64,000 bases of DNA, taken from assembly GCA_963709405.1 (NCBI GenBank), contig CAVPXM010000013.1, positions 46,419-110,418 on the forward strand. The letters are read 5' to 3'. Shown here piece by piece: positions 20,768-32,785 of this stretch. Source of the DNA: an uncultured Nitrososphaerales archaeon. GTDB lineage: Archaea > Thermoproteota > Nitrososphaeria > Nitrososphaerales > Nitrososphaeraceae. The notes beneath the pieces are model-generated. The model was not told where the DNA came from, did no database searches, and saw nothing but the letters and a program-made list of their open reading frames with translations. The stretch's first letter is position 1, and each line of letters begins with the position of its first letter. The position numbers and the translations under genes are program-made.

Positions 20768-22547
20768 ATGAGCGCTAGCGAAATACCAAGAACTATTCTT
20801 CAAAATGAGTCTCCTGATCCAAAGACTCTTCCAGCACCCCCCTACCAACTCAACGCCAACCATTACCTCTTGTAACATTATCAGAGCTTATCCCAGGAAA
20901 ATATGCGTCTACAACAGCAAGGATTGTTTACATCAATGCAATACAAAAACAGGATGCTCTTGGAAGCAAAATGATATTCTCTGGAATATTGGAGGATTCT
21001 ACTTTCAAGGTTCCTTTTATTAGTCATAGAATATCGTACCCTCTGATAAGAAATACTATCTACAAATTTAGTTCCGCTTACATACATGAATTTCCTTCAG
21101 ATAAATCGCTTTTACTTATAGTAACAGAGTATACAAAGATTGACTCCAAAAATGCTGAAGACTACAGGGATTTTATTTGGAATCCAAAAATAGAATCAAT
21201 AAAAAGACCAGTTAGGAGTGTTAGTTTGAATGGAATAATAACCACAGTACATAGCAATTCAGGGCTTGTTAAAAGATGTAACAAATGTAAATCAATAATG
21301 TATGATACTTGTCCAAACAAATGTAGCCTAGACGCAGGATGGGGTTGGGATCTCAGAGTTTCTTCTAGACTGTATGATGGCTCTGGCTCAATTAAGATGG
21401 TTTTGACAAAAGATATAGCATCAAGAGTATTGCACAGAAACCTAAGTGAGTTAATTTTACTTGCATCTAAGGATAAGCCTTTGACGCAAAACCTACAACA
21501 AGAGTCTTCAGAATTTAAAATAAAAATTCCCGAAAGCATAGAGATAGTAGAGAGGCAGTAACTGAGAATACTTCCTCTTCTTCTTACAGGAAAAATGGAA
21601 AACTTATCGTATCTGATGGAAGAAATCTTGTTTTCTTTCCCCCCGAATTAGAGGAAGAGGAAGAAGGACATCACTTCTCAGAGCGAGTCATAAGACTATT
21701 AAAGACCTCTGATTTAGAGGATAGAAAGATAATCAAAAAATTAATCGAAAAAGCACTTGATATTAACATCAAAAAAGTAACTGGCATGAGAATGATGCAG
21801 GGAATATATCTTCTGGAAGAGCCTATTTCCTTGTATAGATGTGAAAGGGCAAAACTCTATCTTGGATTTTCTCTTCGGGTGAGTTTGATAGGAGAAGATA
21901 GTGAAGTTACAGTCGAAGCAACTCCCCAGGCTTATGTAAGAGAAAGTGTTCTTGATTATGTTAAATTAAGAAGAGAACGGGGGGCTACTGCAAATGCTGT
22001 AGTACGTAATCTTTTGACATATAGAAATAAAGTAATAGTTGCACCATCTGGAAATTATGGCTGTATCGTTGATGTTGTTACAAAAAACGCAGGAAGTCAA
22101 CAGGTTTCAGAAACTGACAACAGAAGCCTTGTAGAATTCTGGAAGCAAGTATATGGAATCGAGATTTCACCTGACGAAATTCCTCTGCTTAAAGTGAAGA
22201 TGATGAATTCTGAGAATGTATTTACCTATCCTCCCAGCATGTGCTTTTTTGGTAGTGACTCTTTACTCATTTACGCAAATGTTCAAAAATTTATTGAAAA
22301 TAAAAAATATACTCTGAAAGCAAAAATGGATGACGTTATTCGAGAAATACTGAAGCAAGATCTAGCCATTGGCTCAACAAAACTAGAAGTAGAGAAATTG
22401 GCTGCTTCCCAACATTCTGATGTACAAGGCCAGCTTTTACAGGAAATAAGACAGAAATTATTTGGAAGGAATGCCGTAGCAAAAGGCTCAATTATATTTG
22501 TACATGATGAGCTATGGTTCTTTCCTAATCAGATACAGCTCTCATAA
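20768..22547 (+). pseudogene. RPA-OB / Argonaute N-L1-PAZ fusion, copy 2, two frameshifts
   Basis: Colinear with 1115-2863; frameshifts near 20840 (C-run) and 21550 (extra AG); PAZ-like SLVEFWKQVYGIEI..YPPSMCFF. Confidence 0.75.
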
Positions 22548-22583
22548 AACAAACTGAGAGGATTGGTGGCGAGATAAACAACC

Positions 22584-23386
22584 ATGTCAAATCAAGTTTC
22601 GTTTGAAATACATTCTGCATTAGAGCAATTCAATGAACACAGAAACACATTGAAGATGACTACCGGTTCGGCAGACCTTGACTCGCTTATCGACGGTATA
22701 CAAGAAGGACTATTCTATCTGTTTTATGGCAATAACCATGTGGTCTCTAGATGCAATAGTCTATACATTTCTTGTTAACTGTGTGCTGCCAATAAAACAA
22801 AGACATGGCTTTGAGTCAATGGGAGTTTGTCTTAATAATGCCGATTACTATGACCAAAGAAAGACTGCTGCACTGAGTCCAGAGAAAATAGGAGTTGGCA
22901 GCAAAATGTGCAGGTATAGATCCAAAGATTGTTTTTAAGAACCTCTATGTACATCCAGCATATAACCAGCAGCATCAACTAACAGTTGCAGAGCAAGTTG
23001 CTGACCTAATAGAATCTAACAAGGACATAAAACTGCTGGTAGTGAATAACGTAACCAAATTCTTCAAGGAATCAAAAAATAAGATGGAAGCTGCTAATAT
23101 CCTAAAGCACGTAATTGGGATACTTAGCAAGGTTTGTACCAGGAATAAGGTGGCGCTAGTATGCACAGGAAATGCAAATACAACAGCTAGAGGAATAATA
23201 TCACGACCAATAGGGGGAATATATCTAAAACATGCAGCAAATGTAATTGTACATTTCAAAGAATTCTCCAAAACCTCTGCCATTCCCTCATTTAAGGCCA
23301 CGCTAATAAAACATCAATATACAAAGACTCCAAAGTCTGCAGTTCTTTATGTGAGAAAAGCGGGAGGAATGATGCTTTTAGATTGA
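22584..23386 (+). pseudogene. iRadA copy 2, two frameshifts
   Basis: Colinear with 2865-3654; frameshifts near 22745 and near 22895, the latter identical to copy 1. Confidence 0.8.
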
Positions 23387-23422
23387 GTTCTTCTGTTGTT
23401 AGTAAACAAGGTGTTTTCACAG

Positions 23423-23792
23423 TTGGGTAGAATAATACCATCATTTCGACAATTATATGAGGAAATAATATCAGAACTAAGAACGGAGCTACAGGCAGCA
23501 CTTGTAGATCTAGGCCATAAAAGTGCATTTGATCTTCTATTAAAAGAAGCCTGGAATCCCGAACAGGCGAGCTATGGGGAACTCCACCTTACCAACAGTC
23601 AGCGACAAACTAAATGTTATGGCATCAATTCACAATAGAAAGCTAATTGCAGCATTATCAAGAGAGTTAAAAGAAAAGGATTCTGAGATACAAGAACTCA
23701 AACAGAGCATCATCTCACTTGAAAATAAGCTGAATGATCTGGCTATCAATACCAAGCATAACGAGGAAGTGGAAAGACAGGAGCCGCGATAA
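23423..23792 (+). pseudogene. arCOG07300-like protein copy 2, one frameshift
   Basis: TTG start, GRIIPSFRQLYEE; extra base at about 23570 (GCGAGCT vs GCGGCT in copy 1). Confidence 0.75.
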
Positions 23793-23794
23793 TA

Positions 23795-26125
23795 ATGACA
23801 AGCTGCATTGGATGGCTTCTTGATGTTTCCATTGACAATGAACATGCGATACTATGGATAAAGACTGAGGATAACCAGATTCTCAAGCTGAGAGACTCTT
23901 ATCATCCAGAATTCTATATATTACCTAGAAATGAATTTGATGGGTTACATCTTTTTCAAATTCTATCTAGAGAACAAGATATCTCAGTAAAGAAAATTAG
24001 ATGGGAGGAAAACAAGTTTACAAATCTTTTCAATAAGAGGAAGAAAAGACTAATTTACGTACAACTACAATCATCAAGATATTATCAACCTCTACTAAAG
24101 AAGCTTGAGAATGACTGCCAAGTAAAGCAGCTATTCAATGCAGACCTTTTACATGTTCAGCAATACCTCTTTGTTAAATTAAAAATTGAGCCTACTAGCA
24201 AAGTAAAAGTAGAATACGACAGCGACTCCAGGCTGCTTAAGATTGTCAAGATTGACGATGAGGATGAAGTAAAGCCTCCCCCGTTTTCATTACTATATTT
24301 TGACCTTCGCACATGTTCAGGAATAGTTGCTTCAGAAGATGCTATCAGTCTGATTAAGGTAAAATACGCAGGAGAAGACATTATGTTTGATGACAGTGAA
24401 GAAAAGGTGATTTTGCAGCAATTCTCTGACTATGTTCTTGAGAAAAATCCTGACATTATAGTTTGTATGGGTGATTATGATAATGGTAAAGTACTTCGGT
24501 ATCTATTTTCCAGAGCAAAGAAGATTGGGGTTGATTTGCAACTTGGAAGGGATGATGATGATGATAACAATCATTATTCTAATACTTTAGAAAATCCTAG
24601 GATCATAGGAAGGATTTGTATTAGTAGTAGCTATAGAAAGACGACACATTTTGATGAGTTTGGCTTTGTGGGATTAATAGAAAGGGCAAGATTTGGTTTT
24701 CTTCCTTTAGAAATGGCTGCCAAATATAGTATACATCGTCTCATAGATAGCAGAAACTGCTTTGAATTAATCCAAAAAGACTTTGTAATTCCGTCTAGGA
24801 TTCATAGCATTGACAACAGCAGCAATAATCACGAACATATCAGAACTATAGAGCAAATAGTTTCAGGAGACAAGGGAAGTATGATAATATCTCCACAAAT
24901 TGGGGTGCATGAAAATGTGGTTGCTTTGGATTACGATAGTGAGTATGCAAATCTAATTGTGAATCATAATCTGAGCTATGAGACTGTCAGTTTATCAGAA
25001 GAAGAAAGCATTGTAGGGGATAGAAGAAGAAGAAGAAGAGTTGTTGTAGCAAACCAGCCAAACAAAGGATTACTTCCTAGCATAGTAAAGCAATTTCTCA
25101 AAAGACGAATTTATTTTAAAAGATTATTAAAAGAACTTCCAAAAGACAGCAGAGAGTCTGAATGGTGTGCGCAGAGAGTTAATTCGCTAAAGAATATACT
25201 TGTTTCTCTTTATGGTTCAACTGGTTCTCTTTGGAATAGATTCTGGAATGTGCTTGCTTTTGAGGAAATCAACAGACTATCTCGAGAAGTACTAATAAAG
25301 ACAAAAGATATTGTACAAAGGCTTGGTTATGAGCTAGTTTATGCAGATACAGATTCTGTTTTTATCAAGAGCAAAACAGCAAGAGATTATAATGAAGTTA
25401 TAGATACACTTTCAAAAGAAACTGGTCTTTCGATATCAATTGAATACCATTACAAGTTCTTGGTTTTACTACCATTAGAAGCTGATGAGAAGATAGAAGT
25501 ACTCAAGCATTATTTTGGAATCACTTTTGATAATGAGATAGTGGTAAGAGGCATAGAGATAAGAAGACATGATATTCCTAATTTTATAAAGCAATTTCAA
25601 ACTCAGCTTCTATACACATTATTTGATTGCAAAGATTCATCTGAAATACTAACAAAAGGATATGAAAATGGCCTTTTACTTATCACCCACGCCATAGACA
25701 CAATTATGACTGGGCAAGGTCTTGATGATAAAGACCTTGTGATCTCCAAGTTGCTCAGGCAGGATATAGAAAAATACAAGAGCTTATTCCCCCATGTATC
25801 TGCGGCTATTCAATTAAGTAGGCATCCTCTCAAAGGTGATACAATTCAATATATCTATACAGATTCACAGCATAATAACCCGTTGTGTAGAGTAGCACCC
25901 ATAGAGAACATACTATCAGAGTCTCTACCTCCATACGACAAGGAAAAATATAGAGAAATGGTTCTTGATGCTGCAGAAACAGTTCTAGGGTTTTTTGGGT
26001 TTGATAGGACCGTTTATGGAAATCTCAAGAGGAATAATGATGGGAGAAGAGGAAGAAGGAAATGGAGATGGTATGAAGAAATACGGGAACAGAGAGTAAG
26101 AGACATACATACTGAGACGCTTTAA
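23795..26125 (+). CDS. PolB2-like family B DNA polymerase, copy 2, intact
   Basis: DYDSEY, KNILVSLYG, YADTDS; ExoI D-L-R; 776 aa. Confidence 0.92.
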   Translation: MTSCIGWLLDVSIDNEHAILWIKTEDNQILKLRDSYHPEFYILPRNEFDGLHLFQILSREQDISVKKIRWEENKFTNLFNKRKKRLIYVQLQSSRYYQPLLKKLENDCQVKQLFNADLLHVQQYLFVKLKIEPTSKVKVEYDSDSRLLKIVKIDDEDEVKPPPFSLLYFDLRTCSGIVASEDAISLIKVKYAGEDIMFDDSEEKVILQQFSDYVLEKNPDIIVCMGDYDNGKVLRYLFSRAKKIGVDLQLGRDDDDDNNHYSNTLENPRIIGRICISSSYRKTTHFDEFGFVGLIERARFGFLPLEMAAKYSIHRLIDSRNCFELIQKDFVIPSRIHSIDNSSNNHEHIRTIEQIVSGDKGSMIISPQIGVHENVVALDYDSEYANLIVNHNLSYETVSLSEEESIVGDRRRRRRVVVANQPNKGLLPSIVKQFLKRRIYFKRLLKELPKDSRESEWCAQRVNSLKNILVSLYGSTGSLWNRFWNVLAFEEINRLSREVLIKTKDIVQRLGYELVYADTDSVFIKSKTARDYNEVIDTLSKETGLSISIEYHYKFLVLLPLEADEKIEVLKHYFGITFDNEIVVRGIEIRRHDIPNFIKQFQTQLLYTLFDCKDSSEILTKGYENGLLLITHAIDTIMTGQGLDDKDLVISKLLRQDIEKYKSLFPHVSAAIQLSRHPLKGDTIQYIYTDSQHNNPLCRVAPIENILSESLPPYDKEKYREMVLDAAETVLGFFGFDRTVYGNLKRNNDGRRGRRKWRWYEEIREQRVRDIHTETL

Positions 26126-26163
26126 TACTAAGAAAAGGAGTTTCTTTGCAGGATTAGAAAAAG

Positions 26164-27081
26164 ATGAGCGAACTAGTACTTGTAGGATGTTCAGGATGGA
26201 ATTATGGTGATACTCCAGATAAAGGGGTATGGACTGGTGTATTTTATCCAAATAAAGATACTAAAAGATTAAGGTACTATTCTCAGTTCTTTAACACAGC
26301 AGAGATGGACTCTATTTTTTATGAAAAATTCTATTCCCAAATGACTAAAGGCACATTTATTGGAATGGTAAGAGCTACACCAGAGAAATTCCAATTCTCA
26401 GTAAAAGTACCTGAGACTATTACTCATAAGAAGAGATTGGATATTAATAAGGGTGCCATGGTAGACTTTGAAGAATTTCTCGATAAGATATCTCCCCTAA
26501 AAACTGCAAATAAATTAGGAACAATACTAATTCAACTTCCTCCAAGTTTTACTGTTAGTGATTTTAAAAATATAGAAAGTTTTCTTGATAGACTGCCATC
26601 ATCTTCCTCCTCATCATCCTCATCAGGTCATTATGATTATGCTGTTGAATTCAGACATCCTTCATGGAGTACTGAAGGTCCATGGGATATGTTAAGGCAT
26701 TATAATATTGCAGCTGTGATGACAGACTCCCCTGCAAGAGAAAATTTGCAATTCCTATCAGATATTACTATAACTACGGCTGACCATTCCTTCATTAGGT
26801 TTCATGGAAGAAATGCAAAAGATCATTACTGGTATAACTACCTGTACGGCAAAGAAGAACTAAGACCATGGGTTGAAAAAGTATCACAGATAAAACAGCA
26901 GACTAAAGTTCTGAGAATATACTTTAACAATCATTATGGAGGAAAGGCAGTTGTTAATGCTTTGGAGTTCAAAGAAATGATTGGTATGTCACTATCGGAA
27001 AAAGAAAGGAAGGTTCTAGAAGAAGCAAAGCATTATCTTTCAAACAAATTCTTTCTGAAGGGAAAAGAGTTAGCTAAATAA
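26164..27081 (+). CDS. DUF72 (YecE/YunF) family protein
   Basis: VGCSGWNY..FYP..LRYYSQFFNTAEMDSIFY, FSVKVPETITH, QLPPSF, AVEFRHPSW, IRFHGRN, YFNNHYGGKA. Confidence 0.93.
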   Translation: MSELVLVGCSGWNYGDTPDKGVWTGVFYPNKDTKRLRYYSQFFNTAEMDSIFYEKFYSQMTKGTFIGMVRATPEKFQFSVKVPETITHKKRLDINKGAMVDFEEFLDKISPLKTANKLGTILIQLPPSFTVSDFKNIESFLDRLPSSSSSSSSSGHYDYAVEFRHPSWSTEGPWDMLRHYNIAAVMTDSPARENLQFLSDITITTADHSFIRFHGRNAKDHYWYNYLYGKEELRPWVEKVSQIKQQTKVLRIYFNNHYGGKAVVNALEFKEMIGMSLSEKERKVLEEAKHYLSNKFFLKGKELAK

Positions 27082-27148
27082 TCTCACTGGTTATTTCTAA
27101 ACCCTTTAGTACTTCTGTTATTGTAATGCAGTTTGAAACTTAATTAGG

Positions 27149-28181
27149 TGTTGTACTTACTGACATAGGTGACATTATAGCTTACAGACATGGGTTACAC
27201 TTCTGTCGGGAAGTGAATCCATATAGAAATCAGAATAAGGTTTAATCTAATACACGAAAAAGAATGGACTGGTGATACCATATGTAATATTTGTAAGAGA
27301 TATGGTGTATCCAGAAAGACTTACTACAAGTGGAATAATAGATACAAGCAGAAAGGGATAGAAGGCCTATCAGATAACTCCAGAAGGCCTCATAAAATCA
27401 ACTACAGGAAGGTAACACCAGAAGTAGAAGAGACTATACTTGATCTACGATTAACTAAGAGATTTGGATGTAATAGGATCAAGTTTCGACTAAAAAGAAT
27501 CATTGGAATCTCATTAAGCACCCGAACTATATACAAGATACTAAAGAGACATTGTCTTAATATCCTCATGTGTAAGGCCAAAGCAAGAACTTACAAACGG
27601 TTTGTCATGAAGCATCCAAATGATATGGTGCAAGTGGATATCCTTGGCCCTTTCTATCTGAGTAATTCCAGTCAAAGGAATTACATCATTAGTTGCTTAG
27701 ATGATTGTTCTAGGAAGGTAGCTAGCAAGTGGTCCGAAAGAAAGAGGTCAGTGGATGTTCTTAATGTATTAGAGGACTGGATAATGATTAATGGTAAGCC
27801 TAAGATGATGATGCATGATAACGGTAAACAGTTTACATCCAGAATATTCAGACATTTCCTTATACATAATCAGATAAAAGATAAGCAAATACCAAAATCA
27901 TATCCGCAGTTACAGGGCAAAGTAGAAGCATATAACAAGATTGTAAAGAGTGAATTCATAGCATTAGAAGATATACCAAACATAGATGATGGTAAACAAA
28001 GATACGACATGTTTGTTAAAGCATATAACGAAACCAGAGAACATGGAGGCATAAATGGTCTTACTCCATCGGAGATGTTCCTACAAAGGTTAATTACATC
28101 CAGTACACATACGAGAACTAAACAGAAAAGTGTAACCCATGTAGGTAATTAGAAATGTAACCTATCCGTGCAAGTACAACA
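27149..28181 (+). mobile_element. IS481-family element
   Basis: TIRs TGTTGTACTT.../...AAGTACAACA; 6-bp TSD ATTAGG (27143-27148, 28182-28187); HTH + rve transposase with QVD, HDNGKQF, GKVEAYN. Confidence 0.92.
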
Positions 28182-29847
28182 ATTAGGGGAAGCTATCGCT
28201 TGTAAGTGGAAATATCTTAATCATGTTGTTGAGATAATAGTGTAGGAAATTAGGCTTATCTGGACAAACTCTAGAACAGTAATTAACATTTTTTATATAC
28301 GTAGTGACATAATCAACTTCTTGCAATTTAGAAAAATATTTTTAATACTCTAAAATAGTATACCTATGGCTTCCTCATCATAGTTGTAACAGATGGTCTT
28401 ACGAGAAGGATCTTGGCGCTGAGTTTGTCAGCTTGTCATAAATATTGCAAATGAGACTCGAAAATTATCAAGTTCCATAGATGGCATAAGTTTTAACCTT
28501 ACATTCACATTCTATCTGTTGTAGATTACAAGCCATACCTCACAAGCCATACCTCTGGTTAAATAAATCCGGCCGTACTTCTTTTTGCTTTTCTTCTATC
28601 TTATTTTGCAACATTTGCTTTCTTACCTTCGTACTGTCCTATTGTGAGCAATACCAAATGCTGCCACATCGTAAAGACATGGCTACTCTTCCTGTGAAGA
28701 AACAATGGTATCCTCGAATTTCTCAAAATACGGTACATAATTAGTATTCGCAAGCCTAACATATCTTGATTCTTTCAACATCCATATTGGATTATACTTC
28801 TACAAAGCTCTAACGGTATTCAAAACATGGTTTCTACAGAGCCGTAATAGATCTATTTCTGTACACGGGATACCTGTGATAAATTTGTATTCTAAGTGCA
28901 GTCTATCAGCCATGCTAGCAACGGAGCAACCAAGCAAGTTGGCACGGCATTGCACTGCAGCGTAAACCGCCATTTTATATTTTGCAGTCCAAGCAGTCAC
29001 GTGGACGGGGGTAGAAATGGAACGAAAGGAAGGTAAGGGGGAGGCAATCAACATGAGGCCAAGACCAACGCTTTTAGTATTGTGCAAAATGTGTGCAAGA
29101 ACTTGGAGCCCATTAGAAGACAAAGGCGCATGCGACTGGAGCTATGTCGGTACACATCAATGGAGACGATATCCTAGCGATAACGAGCTCGATGATGGCC
29201 TATGCATATGAACCAAAATATAATATATTGGACAGTTTGATTTTCATACAAGTGTAAGTTACCAGAACTAAAGGTGCCTCAAAGGCAAGAACTTTAAACC
29301 AATCCTTCCCAAATCAGTACCATTAATTTTTAATGGGAGTAATAAAAATATGCGCTCGAACAGGTAACAATGAGAAATGACGTTCTTTTTTGATAAATAA
29401 GGAGGTCTTGGATGAACACAGTGAGTTATATCTTTACCAGCAATAATGGAAATAATACGCAAGCGCTTGCGGGTTTTTGTGTTAAGACTATGATATGGTG
29501 GGATTAGTACAAAACATTTTTTGGTTGAAGTTATCCATTACTTAGAACGGACGTATATTAATATTAAACCTAGGCCGAAGGCGACCAAACCAATGATTAA
29601 AAAGGCCATCGCGAAAACAGAAACCATAGCAACAACAAGAACCGGACGATACCAGTTTAAAAATGTGCCTGAGACTATCGCGCAGAAGGTTATCCAGATG
29701 CACAAGGAGGGTTGACCCCTCGCTTAAGTCTCTGATCATGTCATCTGACTTGGACTGGCCTAAATGACTTGATCATTTCATTCACAACTGGTAAGAATGT
29801 AGCAAAGATGGCTGGTGATGCGGTATATCAAATAATAAACCTGATGT

Positions 29848-30090
29848 ATGGAATGCATTATCTTCCCCTGCCTACAGAAATCGAGCTCTGGCAAAATATC
29901 AAAAATGAGACCATTTGGATATGCTCTTCAATACAGTCTCGAAAATGCTAGGATTGATAATGAGAATCCGGATTATGCACTATGGGTAGAGGAAGACTAT
30001 TGTTCCCCACCATTGGTTATGGAAAGAGAAAGTATGCTTGATCAATACTTTAATGATATTGCTGTGTTGCGCGTTGAATCAGAAGGAGAC
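29848..30090 (+). pseudogene. Conserved hypothetical protein fragment
   Basis: MRPFGYALQYSLENAR..ALWVEEDYCSPPL.MERES.LDQYF; ends look disrupted. Confidence 0.5.
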
Positions 30091-30154
30091 CGCCCAGTCC
30101 ATCGCACTTGGTTTGAAAGGTTACGATGGGTTTTGAGCGTCAAAATGGCAAATG

Positions 30155-32318
30155 CTAAATGTTAACGTTAAGATTTTTTCTTTCTATTACAATTTTCTTG
30201 ATTTGCTCTGCAGCACCGATCAAATGTGCTTTTTCTTCTTTTATTGATCTATCTGTGCCAACGTCATCTTTAATTGATTTTACCTTATAAGCGAAGTCTT
30301 CAATTTGACTTATTGTCATCGAATCATGGCCATTTGCGAATCTTAAGTTGTGGTTGATTTGCTCATGTGTTTGCCTTAATTGTTCAAAAACTTTATCTTC
30401 AAGACCTCTATTTGTTTTATTCTCTATCTCGATAATTCCATCATTAATTGATTGTTCTGCTATCTTAATTAATGCATCATAGTATCCCATTTCCATTAGC
30501 TTTTCTATGGTAGTACGAGAGTAGTCAAAGATCTTGTCATGAACTTCATTTCCATCGTCTTTGCGATCTATACGAACAACTTTAGTTAACCTAAATCGTC
30601 CTCCTAAAAGATCGTGGTAGGTTCTTGTTTGCCTATTTCTATTCTTGCTACTTGCATTATTTTTTAAGACTGCCCTTATTTCGTGACTAGGAATTCCATT
30701 TTTTTCTGCGAGATTCTTGAGTTTTTTGACTACATCATTATAATCAGTAACAACCTTTGCCACCTGCTCATCATAATCTGTTTTATCACTAAAAAGTATA
30801 TTCCATTTTCTATTTTCGACAAAGTCACGATCAAATGAAGTTGGTTCTTCTTTAAGTAGCGATGGCCATAGATCTGCTATATACACCTCCAAATCCGGAA
30901 CATCATCTTCACTAGTATCAGGTTTATGCCAATAGTCTCTATGTGCCTGTATAACTTCCCTTAGTGGTGTCGTACTTCTAAGGCTCCATCCCAAAATATA
31001 TGTTCATTTTGTATCCCAGTTTTAGTATCGCTAACTCTAATTTTTGGATAGTCGAAGAAATCTGGAAATGTTCCACTGGCTAATACATGTTCTATTTCAA
31101 TACCTCTATCGTAGAATATAATATGTTTATCTTGCTCATCTCCGTATTCAGAGTGATGATGATTTGTTACCAAACTGTTTCCTCGTTCCTTTTTTTCATA
31201 ACTGTCGAACGTAACGGCATCACCTGTTTGTACATCCACAGTCACTAGAAGAAATCGAGGATCAGGCTTGTCTGTTCTTATTGGAAAGTCAGCAAAGTTT
31301 TCTAGAGTCTTTTTGAGAGAGTAACCTGTTATATGTTTGTTATCAGGTCTAAAACTTTTTGGTAAGAAATTCAGATCGTCTGTGAAATCAAAGAATTTGC
31401 CAAACGCAAACCATGGTGTGATACCTGAAGCGACGTGGGATGCTCCTAAATGTTTGCACTCGTAAGACGAATAATATCTTCTTGCCGCTCGGCGGTAGCT
31501 GGGATATACCAACCATCTATAAAAAAGTCTTTCCAATAATCCGGCTCTAAATAGAAAGAACCCATGAATAGATCATACCATTCTTTAAAATATGGGTATT
31601 CAATGAAAATAGATTCTGTAAGAGTACCGGCAGACTTTTTTAAAACATTGTTTGTGACATGCAAGGTATCCCACGACCAATGATATATCGGATTTATATC
31701 CAATGTATCGGCCACAGTAGGCCTTGGAAATTCTTGATACCTCCAAAACCTTACAAGTTCTTCAGCTGAATGTTCCCAACTCTTACTTTTAATGGCATTA
31801 CTTACAACTACTGCAGCATTCATCGCACCTATGGATGCACCTGCGACAATATCAAACAAAGGTCTCTCTTCTAGACCTTTACTACGGTGTTCTTCAGCAA
31901 GCATTTTCACTAAGGCTTGAAACACGCCAGCCTCGTATGCTCCGAGTGCCACACCCGCTTGAAATATGATGGCTCTTTGGACTCTTTTAACTCTGATATT
32001 TACATATGATTTACTCGATATACCTTTATTGTCTGAAACTACAAGCTGAAATCTTAATGTGATGCTACGTTTAACATGTCCATTGTTACTATCGTCTATT
32101 ATATATGGCGCCTTGAATATGGGATTTGAGGAATTAGGTTTGGCTATGCTAACGTCATAATTTTCAGGCGAGACTTGGCTCCATGAATAAGATACTTTTT
32201 CATGATCAGTTTTAGCTGTAGTTCCATGACCATTCAAAAATACTAATGAACCTTCTGAAACAGTTTGGTCTAGTCCGGCATCGGCTTCTAAGTGATTATC
32301 GTTTTTACCTTCGATCAA
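30155..32318 (-). pseudogene. PKD/Ig-like domain + patatin-like phospholipase, two frameshifts
   Basis: ADAGLDQTVSEG..YSWSQ..FQLVVSD Ig-like domain; FQAGVALGAY, GASIG, IFWDG; three overlapping ORFs. Confidence 0.85.
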
Positions 32319-32514
32319 TTCATTAATCGGTAATGACGCTTTGTAAATATATCATTCTAGGTTTCAAACGGAATAATAAACAAATATTTGTAGTACTACT
32401 AACTGTTGCTTAGTTGTCAGGCTATACTGATGTCCATGCCAATAAATCAATATTCAATATTTAGAGATTAATGGTGCTTCAGAGAGCCATCAGAATAACT
32501 GTATAAAAACAAAT

Positions 32515-32742
32515 ATGGCTTTTGCGAAATTCTTGGATGCAGATCTTAACTTTTACGATATTAAAAGGAAGGATCAGATCATGGCTTTTCTTGACACAAA
32601 AATAAAAAATTCGGACCTGGATCCTGATAGCAAATGGATTGCTACTTGGAACGATTACCTTGGGGGTATTAAATATTTCCTAAGGTGGTTGTACAACTGT
32701 AAAATACCCAAAGAAAAGAACGATGATATGGGAACGAGATGA
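32515..32742 (+). pseudogene. Integrase N-terminal fragment
   Basis: IMAFLDTK..DPDSKWIATWN..YFLRWLY parallels ILAFLDSF..DPLHKWIGTYN..FFKWLY of the 53116 integrase. Confidence 0.7.
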
Positions 32743-32785
32743 AGCTGCAGGCCCTCTTGATTGAAGTAAATACTATCTCTGCAAT

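Noticed and set aside
4030-26125. Casposon, pipolin or other self-synthesising element around the PolB genes
   Set aside because: No Cas1 and no flanking TIRs seen; neighbours match the PolB2 operon pattern
103-27081. Assembly duplication explaining the two operons
   Set aside because: The copies differ by many synonymous substitutions and indels throughout
28529-28555. Short direct repeat CAAGCCATACCTC x2
   Set aside because: Only two units; likely local slippage
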